Of a stretch of DNA of 41,768 nucleotides, positions 1 through 9,612 are shown piece by piece. The notes under the pieces are model-generated. The model did not search any database and had not been told where the DNA came from. It saw only the letters and a list, made by a program, of their open reading frames with translations. This stretch comes from a virus (lineage: Duplodnaviria > Caudoviricetes), in the IMG/VR virus record IMGVR_UViG_3300011443_000026, positions 1 through 41,768 of that record; one strand, 5' to 3'. Numbering within the stretch: position 1 is the stretch's first letter; every line of letters begins with the position of its first letter. Position numbers and translations under genes: made by a program.

Positions 1-144
1 AATAGAAGCATCAGCATCCTTCATACTTGCTTTGACGCTCTGACCCAAAGCCGTCATATCTATGATAGCTTGTTTAGAATCAGAGGTATCAATTACAAAT
101 TTGATTTGGGGATTTTCGCCACTACCACCAGGAAGATCACTCAT
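1..144 (-). CDS. Probable tape measure protein, N-terminus only (runs off window)
   Basis: ATG at 144 overlaps the stop of the upstream ORF (TGATG). Frame reads MSDLPGGSGENPQIKFVIDTSDSKQAIIDM... and is open to the edge. Canonical position after the tail chaperones. Confidence 0.6.
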   Translation of the reverse strand, partial: MSDLPGGSGENPQIKFVIDTSDSKQAIIDMTALGQSVKASMKDADASI

Positions 145-500
145 CAGCTTGGCTTATACTCCCATTTCTTAACTCCACTACCCTTTTGTCCAGCCAGTTC
201 TAATATAGCGGCAAGCCCACCCCCTGCAAAGGGATCATTACTCTTGCCTTTTGCTATCTCGTCCTTGTCGGTTGGAAACTTGAACTTATCATCCAGCAGT
301 TGATTAAGTTCGTACTTCTGCTTCCATTCTTTCTTATCCCCCATCCCAACTTCTATGCGTTCATGCAGCGCATTTTCTAAGATGTTACCAAAGGTCACTA
401 CGGCAGCATCAAATAGATAGGCTACTAGGGGATCTTTTACACACAGCAGTTTAGACGGTCGGCTGTGGGTCTGTTGCACCGTCTGCCATAACGTCCACAT
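144..500 (-). CDS. Tail assembly chaperone, downstream ORF (gpT-like, probably a frameshift extension)
   Basis: Lies between chaperone ORF1 and the tape measure gene; RPSxLLxVxDPxxAYxFD pattern; in the +1 frame of ORF 451-939. Confidence 0.6.
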   Translation of the reverse strand: MWTLWQTVQQTHSRPSKLLCVKDPLVAYLFDAAVVTFGNILENALHERIEVGMGDKKEWKQKYELNQLLDDKFKFPTDKDEIAKGKSNDPFAGGGLAAILELAGQKGSGVKKWEYKPS

Positions 501-939
501 TTGACGGCGGTTCGTAACGAAACCTGGACAATGCTTCGGAAGGTGCGAACACCAGCCGGAAGATATAGGCTCTATCAGCGAGATCTATATCGTCAATAGC
601 AATCTCATTATCCTTTGTTGGATTCTCAACAACCTTCGGTTCTACGAGTCCGGCCACACACACTACACGTAAAGATTCCAGCATTGCCATTGCTTCCTCT
701 GGCGTTTCAGAATCTGAAAGGAACTTCTCGTACTTATCTTCTTCGCCTTTACCGTAGATTTCTTCCAACAGCAAAGTAGTAAGAACCTGCGGTATCTTAC
801 CAAGTTTAAGAAGCTCATCGGGCCGTACTGTACGTATTCGTACGATATAACCACTGTAGGGGAGTTGAATTAACTCCCCCCTTTCACGCTTCTTACGCCA
901 CTCTAATCCTGAACTTACGGGCAACTCGTCCATGATCAT
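451..939 (-). CDS. Tail assembly chaperone (gpG-like)
   Basis: Acidic 162 aa ORF directly after the major tail protein; GGAGA RBS. Confidence 0.65.
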   Translation of the reverse strand: MIMDELPVSSGLEWRKKRERGELIQLPYSGYIVRIRTVRPDELLKLGKIPQVLTTLLLEEIYGKGEEDKYEKFLSDSETPEEAMAMLESLRVVCVAGLVEPKVVENPTKDNEIAIDDIDLADRAYIFRLVFAPSEALSRFRYEPPSNVDVMADGATDPQPTV

Positions 940-947
940 AGTGTCTC

Positions 948-1520
948 CTACGGATTAGCCACAATTCCGGCTGGCGGGAAGGCTGTGATAGGCACATCGG
1001 TAGGATGCGTGATCACGTTAATGGAACCCCAACTGGCATCATCTACCACTTGCATTGTGACTTCAGGAATGGTGAATGTACCATATTCCATCTGTGCCAG
1101 TGTGAAGCCGCTAAGAATTTTACACTTCGGCAGAAAGAGCCAGGTATCCCCAGTTTCTGCTGAAAGTGCTTTCAAGATAATCCCAACATAGGGCATCTTC
1201 TGACCACCCCCGATACGCAAGCTCTTAATGCTAGACGTACCAGATGTGATAGTCTTGCCCGTTAGGATTGCTAGAGTATCCAGATTCAAGCCACCCCAAC
1301 GCATCTGTAGCGTACCGCCAATCGCATTAGCTGCGATGGCCGTTTGTGTATCATCACCCGTAAGAATTGCGGAGATGATTTCCATTGCTACCGAACCCAT
1401 CTGGATAGACATGATGTCACTGCCAGCGGGAGGATTATAGGTAGGCGGGACTCCGGCTACCCAAGCAGCAATTTTGGCATCATTAAGTCCGTACTGTGGT
1501 GATCCCTGATCGAACGGCAT
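948..1520 (-). CDS. Major tail (tube) protein
   Basis: 190 aa beta-rich G/T/S protein with YGLNDAKI N-terminus and LPKCK motif; synteny. Confidence 0.7.
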   Translation of the reverse strand: MPFDQGSPQYGLNDAKIAAWVAGVPPTYNPPAGSDIMSIQMGSVAMEIISAILTGDDTQTAIAANAIGGTLQMRWGGLNLDTLAILTGKTITSGTSSIKSLRIGGGQKMPYVGIILKALSAETGDTWLFLPKCKILSGFTLAQMEYGTFTIPEVTMQVVDDASWGSINVITHPTDVPITAFPPAGIVANP

Positions 1521-1924
1521 TATCTAGGTCCTTCCTCTCCAAATGTTGCAAGTTTTAGATTTACAAGGTTCTGCATACTTCTACGAATGATTGGCCCCCA
1601 AAAATCTCTGGCAGGAGTAAGGATTGCCCATTTCCCCTGATATGCTAATTCCAGCCAAATTGGATAATCTAAATTTGGATCATGCTGCAAAATGATTGTA
1701 CCAATTGGCCCCGTAGGTTCTACTGTAGCTTTTAACCCACGACGGGCATCGCCAGTACGATCTGTCCAGGGGGCATTTTCCTTAGCCCATGCTTCCATAT
1801 CAGCAGCTTGCTCAATGGCAACATGCCTACCTGACTGGAACACGGCGAACAGATACTTCTCCGTTTGTTCCCCTAACTTGGTCAGGGGCGTACCCGTTAG
1901 TTCTACGCCATTCACTACTGGCAT
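1520..1924 (-). CDS. Tail completion protein, HK97 gp10-like
   Basis: AKENAPWTDRTGDARRGL ... YPIWLELA ... ILTPA motifs typical of the family. Confidence 0.75.
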   Translation of the reverse strand: MPVVNGVELTGTPLTKLGEQTEKYLFAVFQSGRHVAIEQAADMEAWAKENAPWTDRTGDARRGLKATVEPTGPIGTIILQHDPNLDYPIWLELAYQGKWAILTPARDFWGPIIRRSMQNLVNLKLATFGEEGPR

Positions 1925-2966
1925 CTAACCCTCCTTTATCCTGCAACAGCTCAATCATTGCGGCAGCAGAATCCTGCCAAGTCTGATGAGTAGATAGCCA
2001 GCCTCTTGCGTTCCTACCAACTTGCTCTGCCTTATCTGGTTGATAGTAACAGAACTGCATAGCATCTGCTACACGATGCTCACTAGCTACCATCCATTCA
2101 CCATTCTCACCTCGTCGTTGCGGCAGCACAGGTTGAATCCTACCACCCCAGGCAATCAATGACCATTCTTCGGTGTGGCCGTCATCTAGTCCTGCATACT
2201 TCTGCGTAATCACAGGCAAGCCCATCATAGCAGCTTCACGGTGCGGCATCCCCCAACCTTCGCATCTTGAGGGTAATACCAGACAATCTCCCTGCCGATA
2301 GAAGTCAGCCATATCTTTATAGACGCTCATGTCTATTTTAATACGCTTATCCATATCTTCAGCTTTGCTAATCAAGGTAAGTAGTGGATTACCTGTAGGA
2401 ATACTTTTGATGATAAGCCTTACATCCTGTATTCCATCAGTCTTGCCTCTAAAAAGTTTGTAGAACGCACCGTAGACTTCTTGCCAGCCCTTACGAGTTC
2501 CCCTATCTGCTATAGTAAGAAAAGTATAAGGCCGATTACGCACAGGTTCTACTAATGGAAACTCATCTGGATCTGTACCTAACGGCACAACAGAAATAGG
2601 AATCTTCAGCCCACTACGCTCAAAGGCTTCCTTATTATGCTGACTCGGCACAATCACACGTTCTACACCTGAGCGATGGATATTAGTTATATGGCTCTTA
2701 GGAAGCATACTACTTTCGCACATCGTGAAGAGCCAGTGTCTACCCTTGCCAGGTAACTTATGGACTCCTTTAGGGATGTTGCAAGTAATGGTAAGATTAT
2801 CCCAGTCTATTCGCTGTTGCCGTAACATCCATTCTGGCTTTGCCATATCATCTGTAGTTAACGGCAGCACATCCAATCCAAACTCCTGCAATGCTTTCAC
2901 CATGCGAGAAGAGAATCTACCATAGCCATCATATTGCTGATAGTAGCTAATCCAATTTACTGTCAT
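1827..2966 (-). CDS. Glycosyltransferase, GT-B fold (family 4-like)
   Basis: GYGR N-terminus, VIVPSQHNK, RKGW, and D.LVLPSRCEGWGMPHREAAMMGLPVI GT4 signature. Confidence 0.9.
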   Translation of the reverse strand: MTVNWISYYQQYDGYGRFSSRMVKALQEFGLDVLPLTTDDMAKPEWMLRQQRIDWDNLTITCNIPKGVHKLPGKGRHWLFTMCESSMLPKSHITNIHRSGVERVIVPSQHNKEAFERSGLKIPISVVPLGTDPDEFPLVEPVRNRPYTFLTIADRGTRKGWQEVYGAFYKLFRGKTDGIQDVRLIIKSIPTGNPLLTLISKAEDMDKRIKIDMSVYKDMADFYRQGDCLVLPSRCEGWGMPHREAAMMGLPVITQKYAGLDDGHTEEWSLIAWGGRIQPVLPQRRGENGEWMVASEHRVADAMQFCYYQPDKAEQVGRNARGWLSTHQTWQDSAAAMIELLQDKGGLDASSEWRRTNGYAPDQVRGTNGEVSVRRVPVR

Positions 2967-3490
2967 GGACGTCGCAGCTTTCGGGTGATGTAATCGCTTC
3001 TTACCATAGATGCACCGTTCAAACTTCCTGGATCTACTAACAATCCTGTAGTGTACATCCAGTTGGTTGAATAGTAATTCGGGAACTTGTAGTTTTGCAA
3101 GAGCGCAAAGATGTAGTTATCCATAACCTCAATGAGATCATAACCTACCCATTGATACATCCATAATTCCACAACTCTGGTCTGTCCAACTACCCGTTCC
3201 TCTGGATCAAAGATTGCTGGATTGGGGATGGGGCTTCGTGCTTTGCAAATGATGATCGGCAGCAAATAGCCATCCACATCATAGGCTTCTGGCGTAGCAT
3301 CACGGTGTATGCCTTGATGTCCCAGGGATGTATAAGCATAGATTCCACCTAGCGCAACAGCTTCCAACGCAGCATCACCTTGAAGATGAGTTACAAACAT
3401 CGCTTCAATAGCAATGGCTGGAGCCGGAGCTTCTCTGCTACTTAAGGTTTCTATCATCACGCCCATCCAACATATCACGCACGAACACAA
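2963..3490 (-). CDS. Probable tail terminator / head-tail completion protein (true start may be ~3457)
   Basis: Size and position; L.GD..L..V..GGIY pattern. Confidence 0.45.
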   Translation of the reverse strand: MCSCVICWMGVMIETLSSREAPAPAIAIEAMFVTHLQGDAALEAVALGGIYAYTSLGHQGIHRDATPEAYDVDGYLLPIIICKARSPIPNPAIFDPEERVVGQTRVVELWMYQWVGYDLIEVMDNYIFALLQNYKFPNYYSTNWMYTTGLLVDPGSLNGASMVRSDYITRKLRRP

Positions 3491-3620
3491 TTAGATCTTC
3501 AATATATCTATCCGTTGCCATAAAGCCATAATCCCGCTCTATCTTCTCACGGATAACTTCTATATCCCCACTATCCACCAAGATTTCAAGCCTCTGCCGT
3601 CTCTCGGATTCGTCGGACAT
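3438..3620 (-). CDS. Small hypothetical protein
   Basis: 60 aa charged ORF overlapping both neighbours. Confidence 0.45.
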   Translation of the reverse strand: MSDESERRQRLEILVDSGDIEVIREKIERDYGFMATDRYIEDLIVFVRDMLDGRDDRNLK

Positions 3621-4266
3621 CTTCCCGCCTTCTGAGCCATTCTTGCATACATGCTACTCTATCTTCTATTTCTATCGAAGGAAAGTGCATGATATAAGCA
3701 TTACTATCATAATTCCTAAAATCTACACTGTGCCAACGTACATCAAAAAAGTAGGTAAGGCGATATAGCTCAGTTTCGTGCGAGAACACAGCACAGGGAT
3801 TCAGATACTTCTCATGCTGTACATAGCCTAACAGGTGATGCAATGCAGCTTGCTCCCACCAATTATGATCTAAGTACTCATCCATCTCCCATATCTTCTC
3901 TAGATACGGCAGCAAGTCAGGTTTCGCAATCCATAGCCCTGCCGATGGAACATCTCCTTCTGGAGAGTAGTGTCTGGTGATTGCTTGGATAGCCCAATCT
4001 GGAATATGCGTCAGTATATCTTCCCCATACTCCAAGATAAGTACATCACAATCTATCCATATCACTACATCATAGATCATCAGCAGTTCTATCATAAGTA
4101 TAATCTTACCCCAGGAAGCAGGTCTACCAAATTCTTGCGCCACTGTGGGGTAATACTCTACATACTGATAGCCATGCTGCGCCGCATACCGTTGAAAGCC
4201 TGGGCGTGACACTTCCAAACAGGCTGCATACTCATCAACGGCAAAGGTGCAGAGAGCCTTCTTCAT
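3586..4266 (-). CDS. Glycosyltransferase, GT-A fold (GT34 / GMA12-MNN10-like)
   Basis: YAAQHGY, SWGKI, WIDCD (DxD), WWEQAAL and IMHF motifs. Confidence 0.85.
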   Translation of the reverse strand: MKKALCTFAVDEYAACLEVSRPGFQRYAAQHGYQYVEYYPTVAQEFGRPASWGKIILMIELLMIYDVVIWIDCDVLILEYGEDILTHIPDWAIQAITRHYSPEGDVPSAGLWIAKPDLLPYLEKIWEMDEYLDHNWWEQAALHHLLGYVQHEKYLNPCAVFSHETELYRLTYFFDVRWHSVDFRNYDSNAYIMHFPSIEIEDRVACMQEWLRRREDVRRIRETAEA

Positions 4267-4646
4267 CCTGTAGCTTCCCAGATGCCCTGTATCTCACCTC
4301 TGGTAGTAATCACATCTACGCACTTATACTCATCACCTTCGTATACGAACACATAACCTTCCTTCATATCCGTGTTGGGAAGTGTAGGATGGTTCTTAAT
4401 GCCATACACGATGACCTTGCGTACAGGTGCGCTTCCTGCTGTGCTTTCACCAGGGGTTGCCGTATTGTCACTCTCAATCCTAACGGTTTGTGAAGCTAAT
4501 CTAGCCCCATTAGGAGTACGGAAGACTGCCTGAGATGGTCTTGCAGATATACGCCGCAGAGCTTCGGAGGCTTTTATACTTGTATCTATCTCGTTCGATC
4601 TCGTCGTCTTTACTAACTTCGAGATCCACGTCGAGAGATCTACCAT
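4263..4646 (-). CDS. Head closure / head-tail joining protein
   Basis: 127 aa beta-rich ORF following the adaptor gene; synteny. Confidence 0.5.
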   Translation of the reverse strand: MVDLSTWISKLVKTTRSNEIDTSIKASEALRRISARPSQAVFRTPNGARLASQTVRIESDNTATPGESTAGSAPVRKVIVYGIKNHPTLPNTDMKEGYVFVYEGDEYKCVDVITTRGEIQGIWEATG

Positions 4647-5023
4647 ACATAGCCTCTTGGATATTCTTTAATTCTAGGAGGGATCTGCATAGGCTTCCCA
4701 GATCTGACTGCTCCCGCTTCGTAACTAACTGCATCCTCCAACAAATTCTCCCATCTGCGTAGTTCACGCACCAAATGGTCGTAGCGTTGGGATGCCTTCT
4801 CAGTCGTGTTGTTCTGCGTATAGTCTACTTCGTTCGCCGCTTGCATCACCATACGTCGCAACGTTATCACACGAGTACTGATCAAGATAGAAGCAGGATC
4901 TTCAAATCGTTCCCCTGCTTCTACGAAGATAGCATCAATTGTCGCATCGGATAGTGCTGCCGTATCATCCGGCAGGAAACCTACATCCATCCGTAACCGT
5001 TGCTGTTCCAGTAATGTAGCCAT
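4640..5023 (-). CDS. Head-tail adaptor (gp15/gp6-like)
   Basis: Helical 127 aa ORF right after the major capsid gene; LRMDVG...LSDATID pattern. Confidence 0.55.
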   Translation of the reverse strand: MATLLEQQRLRMDVGFLPDDTAALSDATIDAIFVEAGERFEDPASILISTRVITLRRMVMQAANEVDYTQNNTTEKASQRYDHLVRELRRWENLLEDAVSYEAGAVRSGKPMQIPPRIKEYPRGYVW

Positions 5024-5031
5024 AAGTCCTC

Positions 5032-6042
5032 TTAGACAGGCCAGGTGATCTCTTCAACGGAACGCAGCGGATTGGCGTAAATCCCCAACCACACATCCCA
5101 TACGATCTGATCCATAATGAAGCGGCTAACATCTGCGTTACCTTGTGCAGATTCCAGTGGTTGCTTCACCAGAGAAACAAAGTCGTCACTTCGGTAAGTG
5201 GTGCTGATGAGATAGCTCTTGCCAAGCGTCACGCCAGGATAGGTAACTGTCTTCTTGCCTCTTGTGCCTGACCAACCCGAATACCCGATGACGGCCCCAA
5301 CCTGTGAGGAAGCCGAGGAATCCAGCGCAAAACCTTCCTGCGGTACACGATTCAACATACGTTGGATCATAAACAGTTGGGCCGGATGGCAGAGCAGTAC
5401 ATACGGGCCTGGTCGTGGATTCACTGTATCAGCTTGTGCCGCTACGATTGCCGATTCCAAAGTAAGGAACCAGTCTTCTGTGGTCGTAACACCTGTCGTC
5501 ACGGCAGCAGATTGGTTGGCAGCAAGATACGTATAGTTCAGAATTGGTTGCAAGTGCATGTGATTGAGCAGCGCATTGTGCGCTTCCCCAACAGCACGCT
5601 CGATGCGAGCAATCTGCCAAAGCTGATTGAACATCATCAACTTCTTGGAATACTCTAGACCAACGCCGAACTGACGCTGCGATACAGTGACTTCGGCTGT
5701 GGTGATGTGTCCAAACTTAACTTCACCACCTTCGAAGACTTCCTCGAACACGAAGCCACCTGGCCCCCAATTCTTGAGGTTAAGGGTTTCCGGCAGCGAA
5801 GCATCTACGATGACATCATAGATTGGTTCGTATACAGTAGGTACACGCATCCGGCCAGCATTAACTTCATACGTGACCCTGGTATACCAATCGGCAGCAA
5901 AGTCATCGGAGCCAATGAACTCATAAACACTTTGTCCATTGACACGTACTTCCTTGAGACTTCTGCTAAGATCAAAGCCCTGCTCAAATTGATAATACGG
6001 TTGCTCCTTACGAGCATTTGTACCGTTGTAGATTACGCCCAT
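5032..6042 (-). CDS. Major capsid protein (HK97 fold)
   Basis: 336 aa; V.EGGEVKFG and FGVGLEYS motifs; AGGAG RBS; synteny. Confidence 0.85.
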   Translation of the reverse strand: MGVIYNGTNARKEQPYYQFEQGFDLSRSLKEVRVNGQSVYEFIGSDDFAADWYTRVTYEVNAGRMRVPTVYEPIYDVIVDASLPETLNLKNWGPGGFVFEEVFEGGEVKFGHITTAEVTVSQRQFGVGLEYSKKLMMFNQLWQIARIERAVGEAHNALLNHMHLQPILNYTYLAANQSAAVTTGVTTTEDWFLTLESAIVAAQADTVNPRPGPYVLLCHPAQLFMIQRMLNRVPQEGFALDSSASSQVGAVIGYSGWSGTRGKKTVTYPGVTLGKSYLISTTYRSDDFVSLVKQPLESAQGNADVSRFIMDQIVWDVWLGIYANPLRSVEEITWPV

Positions 6043-6082
6043 TTCTTCCTCTCCTATGAAAAAAGATCGTTGTGAGGTGATA

Positions 6083-6463
6083 TTAAGAAGCTAAAGAATT
6101 GGCAGCGAGCATCCTACCAATCACAACATTGTTGGCATCTTTGGCTTCCATTGCCTTGAAGAACGCCACGATCCCTGCTCCAGGAGCCAACACATAAGCT
6201 GCATCCTGTGGGGTGTGACCAGTCACACTTGCCAACGTAAGATACACAATAGCTCCCTTCGCAACCGAAAGTGCAGCAGGAACAGTGAATTGGTAGGCAC
6301 GATCATCAATGGCAATGGCAATGGTATCACCGATTGCGCCATTACTCTCGGCAATACCTACCCATCCTTGTGCAACTACAACTTGTCCCTTCGCCACCGC
6401 AGCGGTGAGGGTGACGTTGACAGCCTTGCCATCATTGTCAAAGTACGAAAGTAATCCAGACAT
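6083..6463 (-). CDS. Capsid decoration/cement protein (DUF2190-like)
   Basis: DGKAVNVT..AAVAKGQVV..GWVGIA pattern; lies between scaffold and capsid genes. Confidence 0.75.
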   Translation of the reverse strand: MSGLLSYFDNDGKAVNVTLTAAVAKGQVVVAQGWVGIAESNGAIGDTIAIAIDDRAYQFTVPAALSVAKGAIVYLTLASVTGHTPQDAAYVLAPGAGIVAFFKAMEAKDANNVVIGRMLAANSLAS

Positions 6464-6481
6464 TGTATCCTCCCCTTGTTT

Positions 6482-7633
6482 CTATGAATTCTGTTGAGCA
6501 GTTTGAGAAGGAGCAAGCTTGAACCAGTTGCCCTTCATCTTCGGATCTGTTCCTGCCGCGTTCCCACTCTGTTGCTGCAAGGGTGTGGTTTGATTTGGCC
6601 CCATGCTTTCCTGCAATGCCAGATCAAGAGCTTTCTTCACTGAAGGCTTTTCCAAGACTTCAGCGTAAGCCTTCTCTGCATCTGCCACTGTGAGCGGATT
6701 CTTGGCTTCCACCATGTCAATGACCATTTCCCGCACAGCTTCAATCTTGATGGCCTTATCGCCCGTAGTAGCCATTTCTGTGATCCGAGCCACAACCGCT
6801 GCTTTTTCACGAGCAGCGTCCTTCGCTTGGATACTTTTCACCGCATCCAAGATATTCCCATCTGTCAATCCAAGTGCTTCCTTGATTTCTTTAGAGTACT
6901 CTTGGATGACGGCAGCACGAATGTCATCCGGCAAAGACGCCAGGTCGGAAGCCTTCATTTCACGAATCGCCTGTTGTTTTTCTTCCTCTGTCATTTTCTT
7001 CTCCTTTACATCCACGATAGGTCTAACAACAATGATGCCGCTTTGTTGCGCCATCTCCTGCGTCAGCAACGGTACGGCAGACAGATCACTAATCCCCGCA
7101 CGATCAGCAGGGGCAATGTCGATCTGATTAAGCACCAACGTAGAGGCTATCATCTTGTACGCCCCTAGCTGCTCACTCCAGACGCCATCACCACGAGCAT
7201 CTATACTGGTAGCAATCTTCTTCTGAGTTGCACGATACCGCTGCAATCTCTGACGACTATCTCCCGAAGGCACGTAGCCTTTTCCCAGAAGATATTCCTT
7301 GACTCGCATTGTGCCAATCCAATGCACAGCTTCGGCAGGAAAAGCAAAGGCACGCTGTTCTTCAGAGAGATGCCCCATCAATCCTATGGGCTTGAGCTCT
7401 TGTACCTGTTTCTCAAGCTCAACCAGAAACGCCTCATCGTAGTATCTTTGGTTTCCCGACTTAGAATTAGCCTTGCCAATCGGAAGTGTAACAAAGATAG
7501 GTTTTTCTTCTCCCGCAGTAAGTTCCTGTAGGTCGATGTCTTTGTAGACGGGAACATCTGGCATACCACCTTTGAATTCAGCGATGAGTAGCGTATCTTG
7601 GAATCCGCCAGAAAACAGTTCTCCTTCTTCCAT
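6482..7633 (-). CDS. Prohead protease/scaffold fusion
   Basis: N-terminal S.N.RYY, GH, TSI and ID.AP..RAG pattern followed by a helical charged C-terminus. Confidence 0.65.
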   Translation of the reverse strand: MEEGELFSGGFQDTLLIAEFKGGMPDVPVYKDIDLQELTAGEEKPIFVTLPIGKANSKSGNQRYYDEAFLVELEKQVQELKPIGLMGHLSEEQRAFAFPAEAVHWIGTMRVKEYLLGKGYVPSGDSRQRLQRYRATQKKIATSIDARGDGVWSEQLGAYKMIASTLVLNQIDIAPADRAGISDLSAVPLLTQEMAQQSGIIVVRPIVDVKEKKMTEEEKQQAIREMKASDLASLPDDIRAAVIQEYSKEIKEALGLTDGNILDAVKSIQAKDAAREKAAVVARITEMATTGDKAIKIEAVREMVIDMVEAKNPLTVADAEKAYAEVLEKPSVKKALDLALQESMGPNQTTPLQQQSGNAAGTDPKMKGNWFKLAPSQTAQQNS

Positions 7634-7641
7634 GATCCCTC

Positions 7642-8100
7642 CTATGCAGGTCGGGTAGGTCGTGGCGGCACAGCCCTGCTGGTAGATTCCGTAGTGCTAG
7701 GTGCAGATTCCATTTCAGCCTTAGATTTGGCTTCCGCTTCCTTCTGCTTCTGCTCTTCGGTCTTAGGATGGTTTGGATCTTCCGGCACAGGTGTCACGGG
7801 TGGCTTGATTGTAGAGGGATCTACAGGTTCAGCTTCTTCTTCCGCTGCCGCTTCTGCTACCGTCTTGCCTTCTGCCGGAACCACAGGTGGTTCAATCGTA
7901 CCTTCCGGCAATTCTGCTTCTGGCTTGATTGCATAGGGCTGTGCGGATGATGCCATTGGTTCTGCTTCCGGCTTTGGCAAGCGTACATCCTTTGCCTTAT
8001 CACCTAAGAGCGCATCTACCTTTGCTGCAAGTTCCCCAATCTTGTTCTGAATCCTTACCAACCGCTGTTCCAGCTTAACATTTTCTTTCGATACAGTCAT
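7642..8100 (-). CDS. Hypothetical protein: N-terminal coiled coil plus Pro/Glu-rich disordered tail
   Basis: ORF with GGAGG RBS between portal and scaffold genes. Confidence 0.6.
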   Translation of the reverse strand: MTVSKENVKLEQRLVRIQNKIGELAAKVDALLGDKAKDVRLPKPEAEPMASSAQPYAIKPEAELPEGTIEPPVVPAEGKTVAEAAAEEEAEPVDPSTIKPPVTPVPEDPNHPKTEEQKQKEAEAKSKAEMESAPSTTESTSRAVPPRPTRPA

Positions 8101-8115
8101 TTCTTCCCCCTCCTA

Positions 8116-9612
8116 CTAAACTAATAATTCCAATTCTTCTTGTAGAGATTGATCCATTTCACCTAGCTTCTTCCCACCGTTGGGCGTTGGGCCAGGATCT
8201 GGTGCATTCTCGTTCTGCATTTTCAACGTTCTCTCCATCTTGGCTTCTTCATTGGCTTGCCGTACCTCTGCATCCCGCTTTGCTTTCTTCAGCACTTCTT
8301 CGGGATTTTCAATGTCGATGGGTAAGAGTGTTAGCGCAGTCTTCTCATCCAGCAAGCCTTCTCCGAAAGCCCAATTTACAGCGTCCAACACCATACGGCC
8401 ATTTTGTGTGAGCTTGTTCCATTGCAATACAGGATCCTCTCGCCTTTCGGGGGAGATGATCTCTTCATACGCTTGTACAATACGGCACACATCTAAGATC
8501 CAGGGGGTACAGCTTTTCTGCCTTGCTGTGATGAAGACTTCAAACACTGGCATTTGCGTTTCGGCAGAAGCCTTGCTACCCTCAATCGCATTTCCAAATA
8601 CAAACTCTGGCACTTCCAGATGCTCGATAATAAGATAGAACAACAAACCCAAAATCTTAACCGCATCGTCAGCAAAGCTTCCTGGACTCTTGTAATCCAT
8701 TGTAGCACCGCTGAGAGTTAACACGTCAGACATATCAATGCTGATACTCTCAGATTCCCTTGTGGTCCCGTCGGGGAGCTTTGCAGAAGCCTTGCTGCCG
8801 TATCGACGCCAGAAAGCATTAAGATCTTGCACCGTGTTAAATGCAATCACGGGAGTTGGTCTACCTTGCAAGATGTTCCCTTCAACTGAGGCTTCCAAGA
8901 TTTGTCCGTAACGATGTAGCAAATCAAGGAGAGCCTCAGCTTCAGGATGCCCAAACTGCTCACCTTCCCCAGGATGGTTCGCAACATGAACTACAGGGAT
9001 GATTCCTATAAGATTGGGGTAAGTTTTCGTTCGGATTGTGCCGTTGGAAAACTCTTCTCTATGCACTCTACGATCTACATAGTACTCATCCGTTACGGTC
9101 ATTTTGAGAGAGCCATCTTCTGGATGGGCGAACACTTGTCTTATGCGCCAGCCTATCCGCTTGCCGTAATCATCGGGAGCAACGATGGGATCGACGCAGT
9201 TAGGCGGCACAAGGGTCACAGATCTATCTGCGTTGATCACGAAGAAAGCATCACCATGCTTCAGACTTCCTTCATAAGCACGCATTATATCTTCATGGTG
9301 TAGGGCAAACCATTCATCTAGTCGCTTCTGTGTTCGCTCGCTCTTAAGCAGGAACACGGGTAAGCTCCCCAACACCCATGCGGGTATCTTATGCACGATA
9401 GGTCTGATAAAGAGACCGGAGACTTCGAGTCCGGCCACCTTACAGTAGTAGGCTCGTGTCCAAAAGTCATAGTCCGAACGTCCCCAACTGTAGGTAGGAG
9501 TACGCCAGATCGTTGAGCTCCTGCGTATGATAAGGCTGAAGCTACGTCCCAAGTCTCTTGAGACGTCAGCGAAGATCTCATAGAATCTATCCCAAATTTT
9601 CGGTAGGCGCAT
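8116..9612 (-). CDS. Portal protein
   Basis: 498 aa directly after TerL; N..G.IPVVHVAN ... FG..E motif of SPP1 gp6-like portals. Confidence 0.85.
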   Translation of the reverse strand: MRLPKIWDRFYEIFADVSRDLGRSFSLIIRRSSTIWRTPTYSWGRSDYDFWTRAYYCKVAGLEVSGLFIRPIVHKIPAWVLGSLPVFLLKSERTQKRLDEWFALHHEDIMRAYEGSLKHGDAFFVINADRSVTLVPPNCVDPIVAPDDYGKRIGWRIRQVFAHPEDGSLKMTVTDEYYVDRRVHREEFSNGTIRTKTYPNLIGIIPVVHVANHPGEGEQFGHPEAEALLDLLHRYGQILEASVEGNILQGRPTPVIAFNTVQDLNAFWRRYGSKASAKLPDGTTRESESISIDMSDVLTLSGATMDYKSPGSFADDAVKILGLLFYLIIEHLEVPEFVFGNAIEGSKASAETQMPVFEVFITARQKSCTPWILDVCRIVQAYEEIISPERREDPVLQWNKLTQNGRMVLDAVNWAFGEGLLDEKTALTLLPIDIENPEEVLKKAKRDAEVRQANEEAKMERTLKMQNENAPDPGPTPNGGKKLGEMDQSLQEELELLV

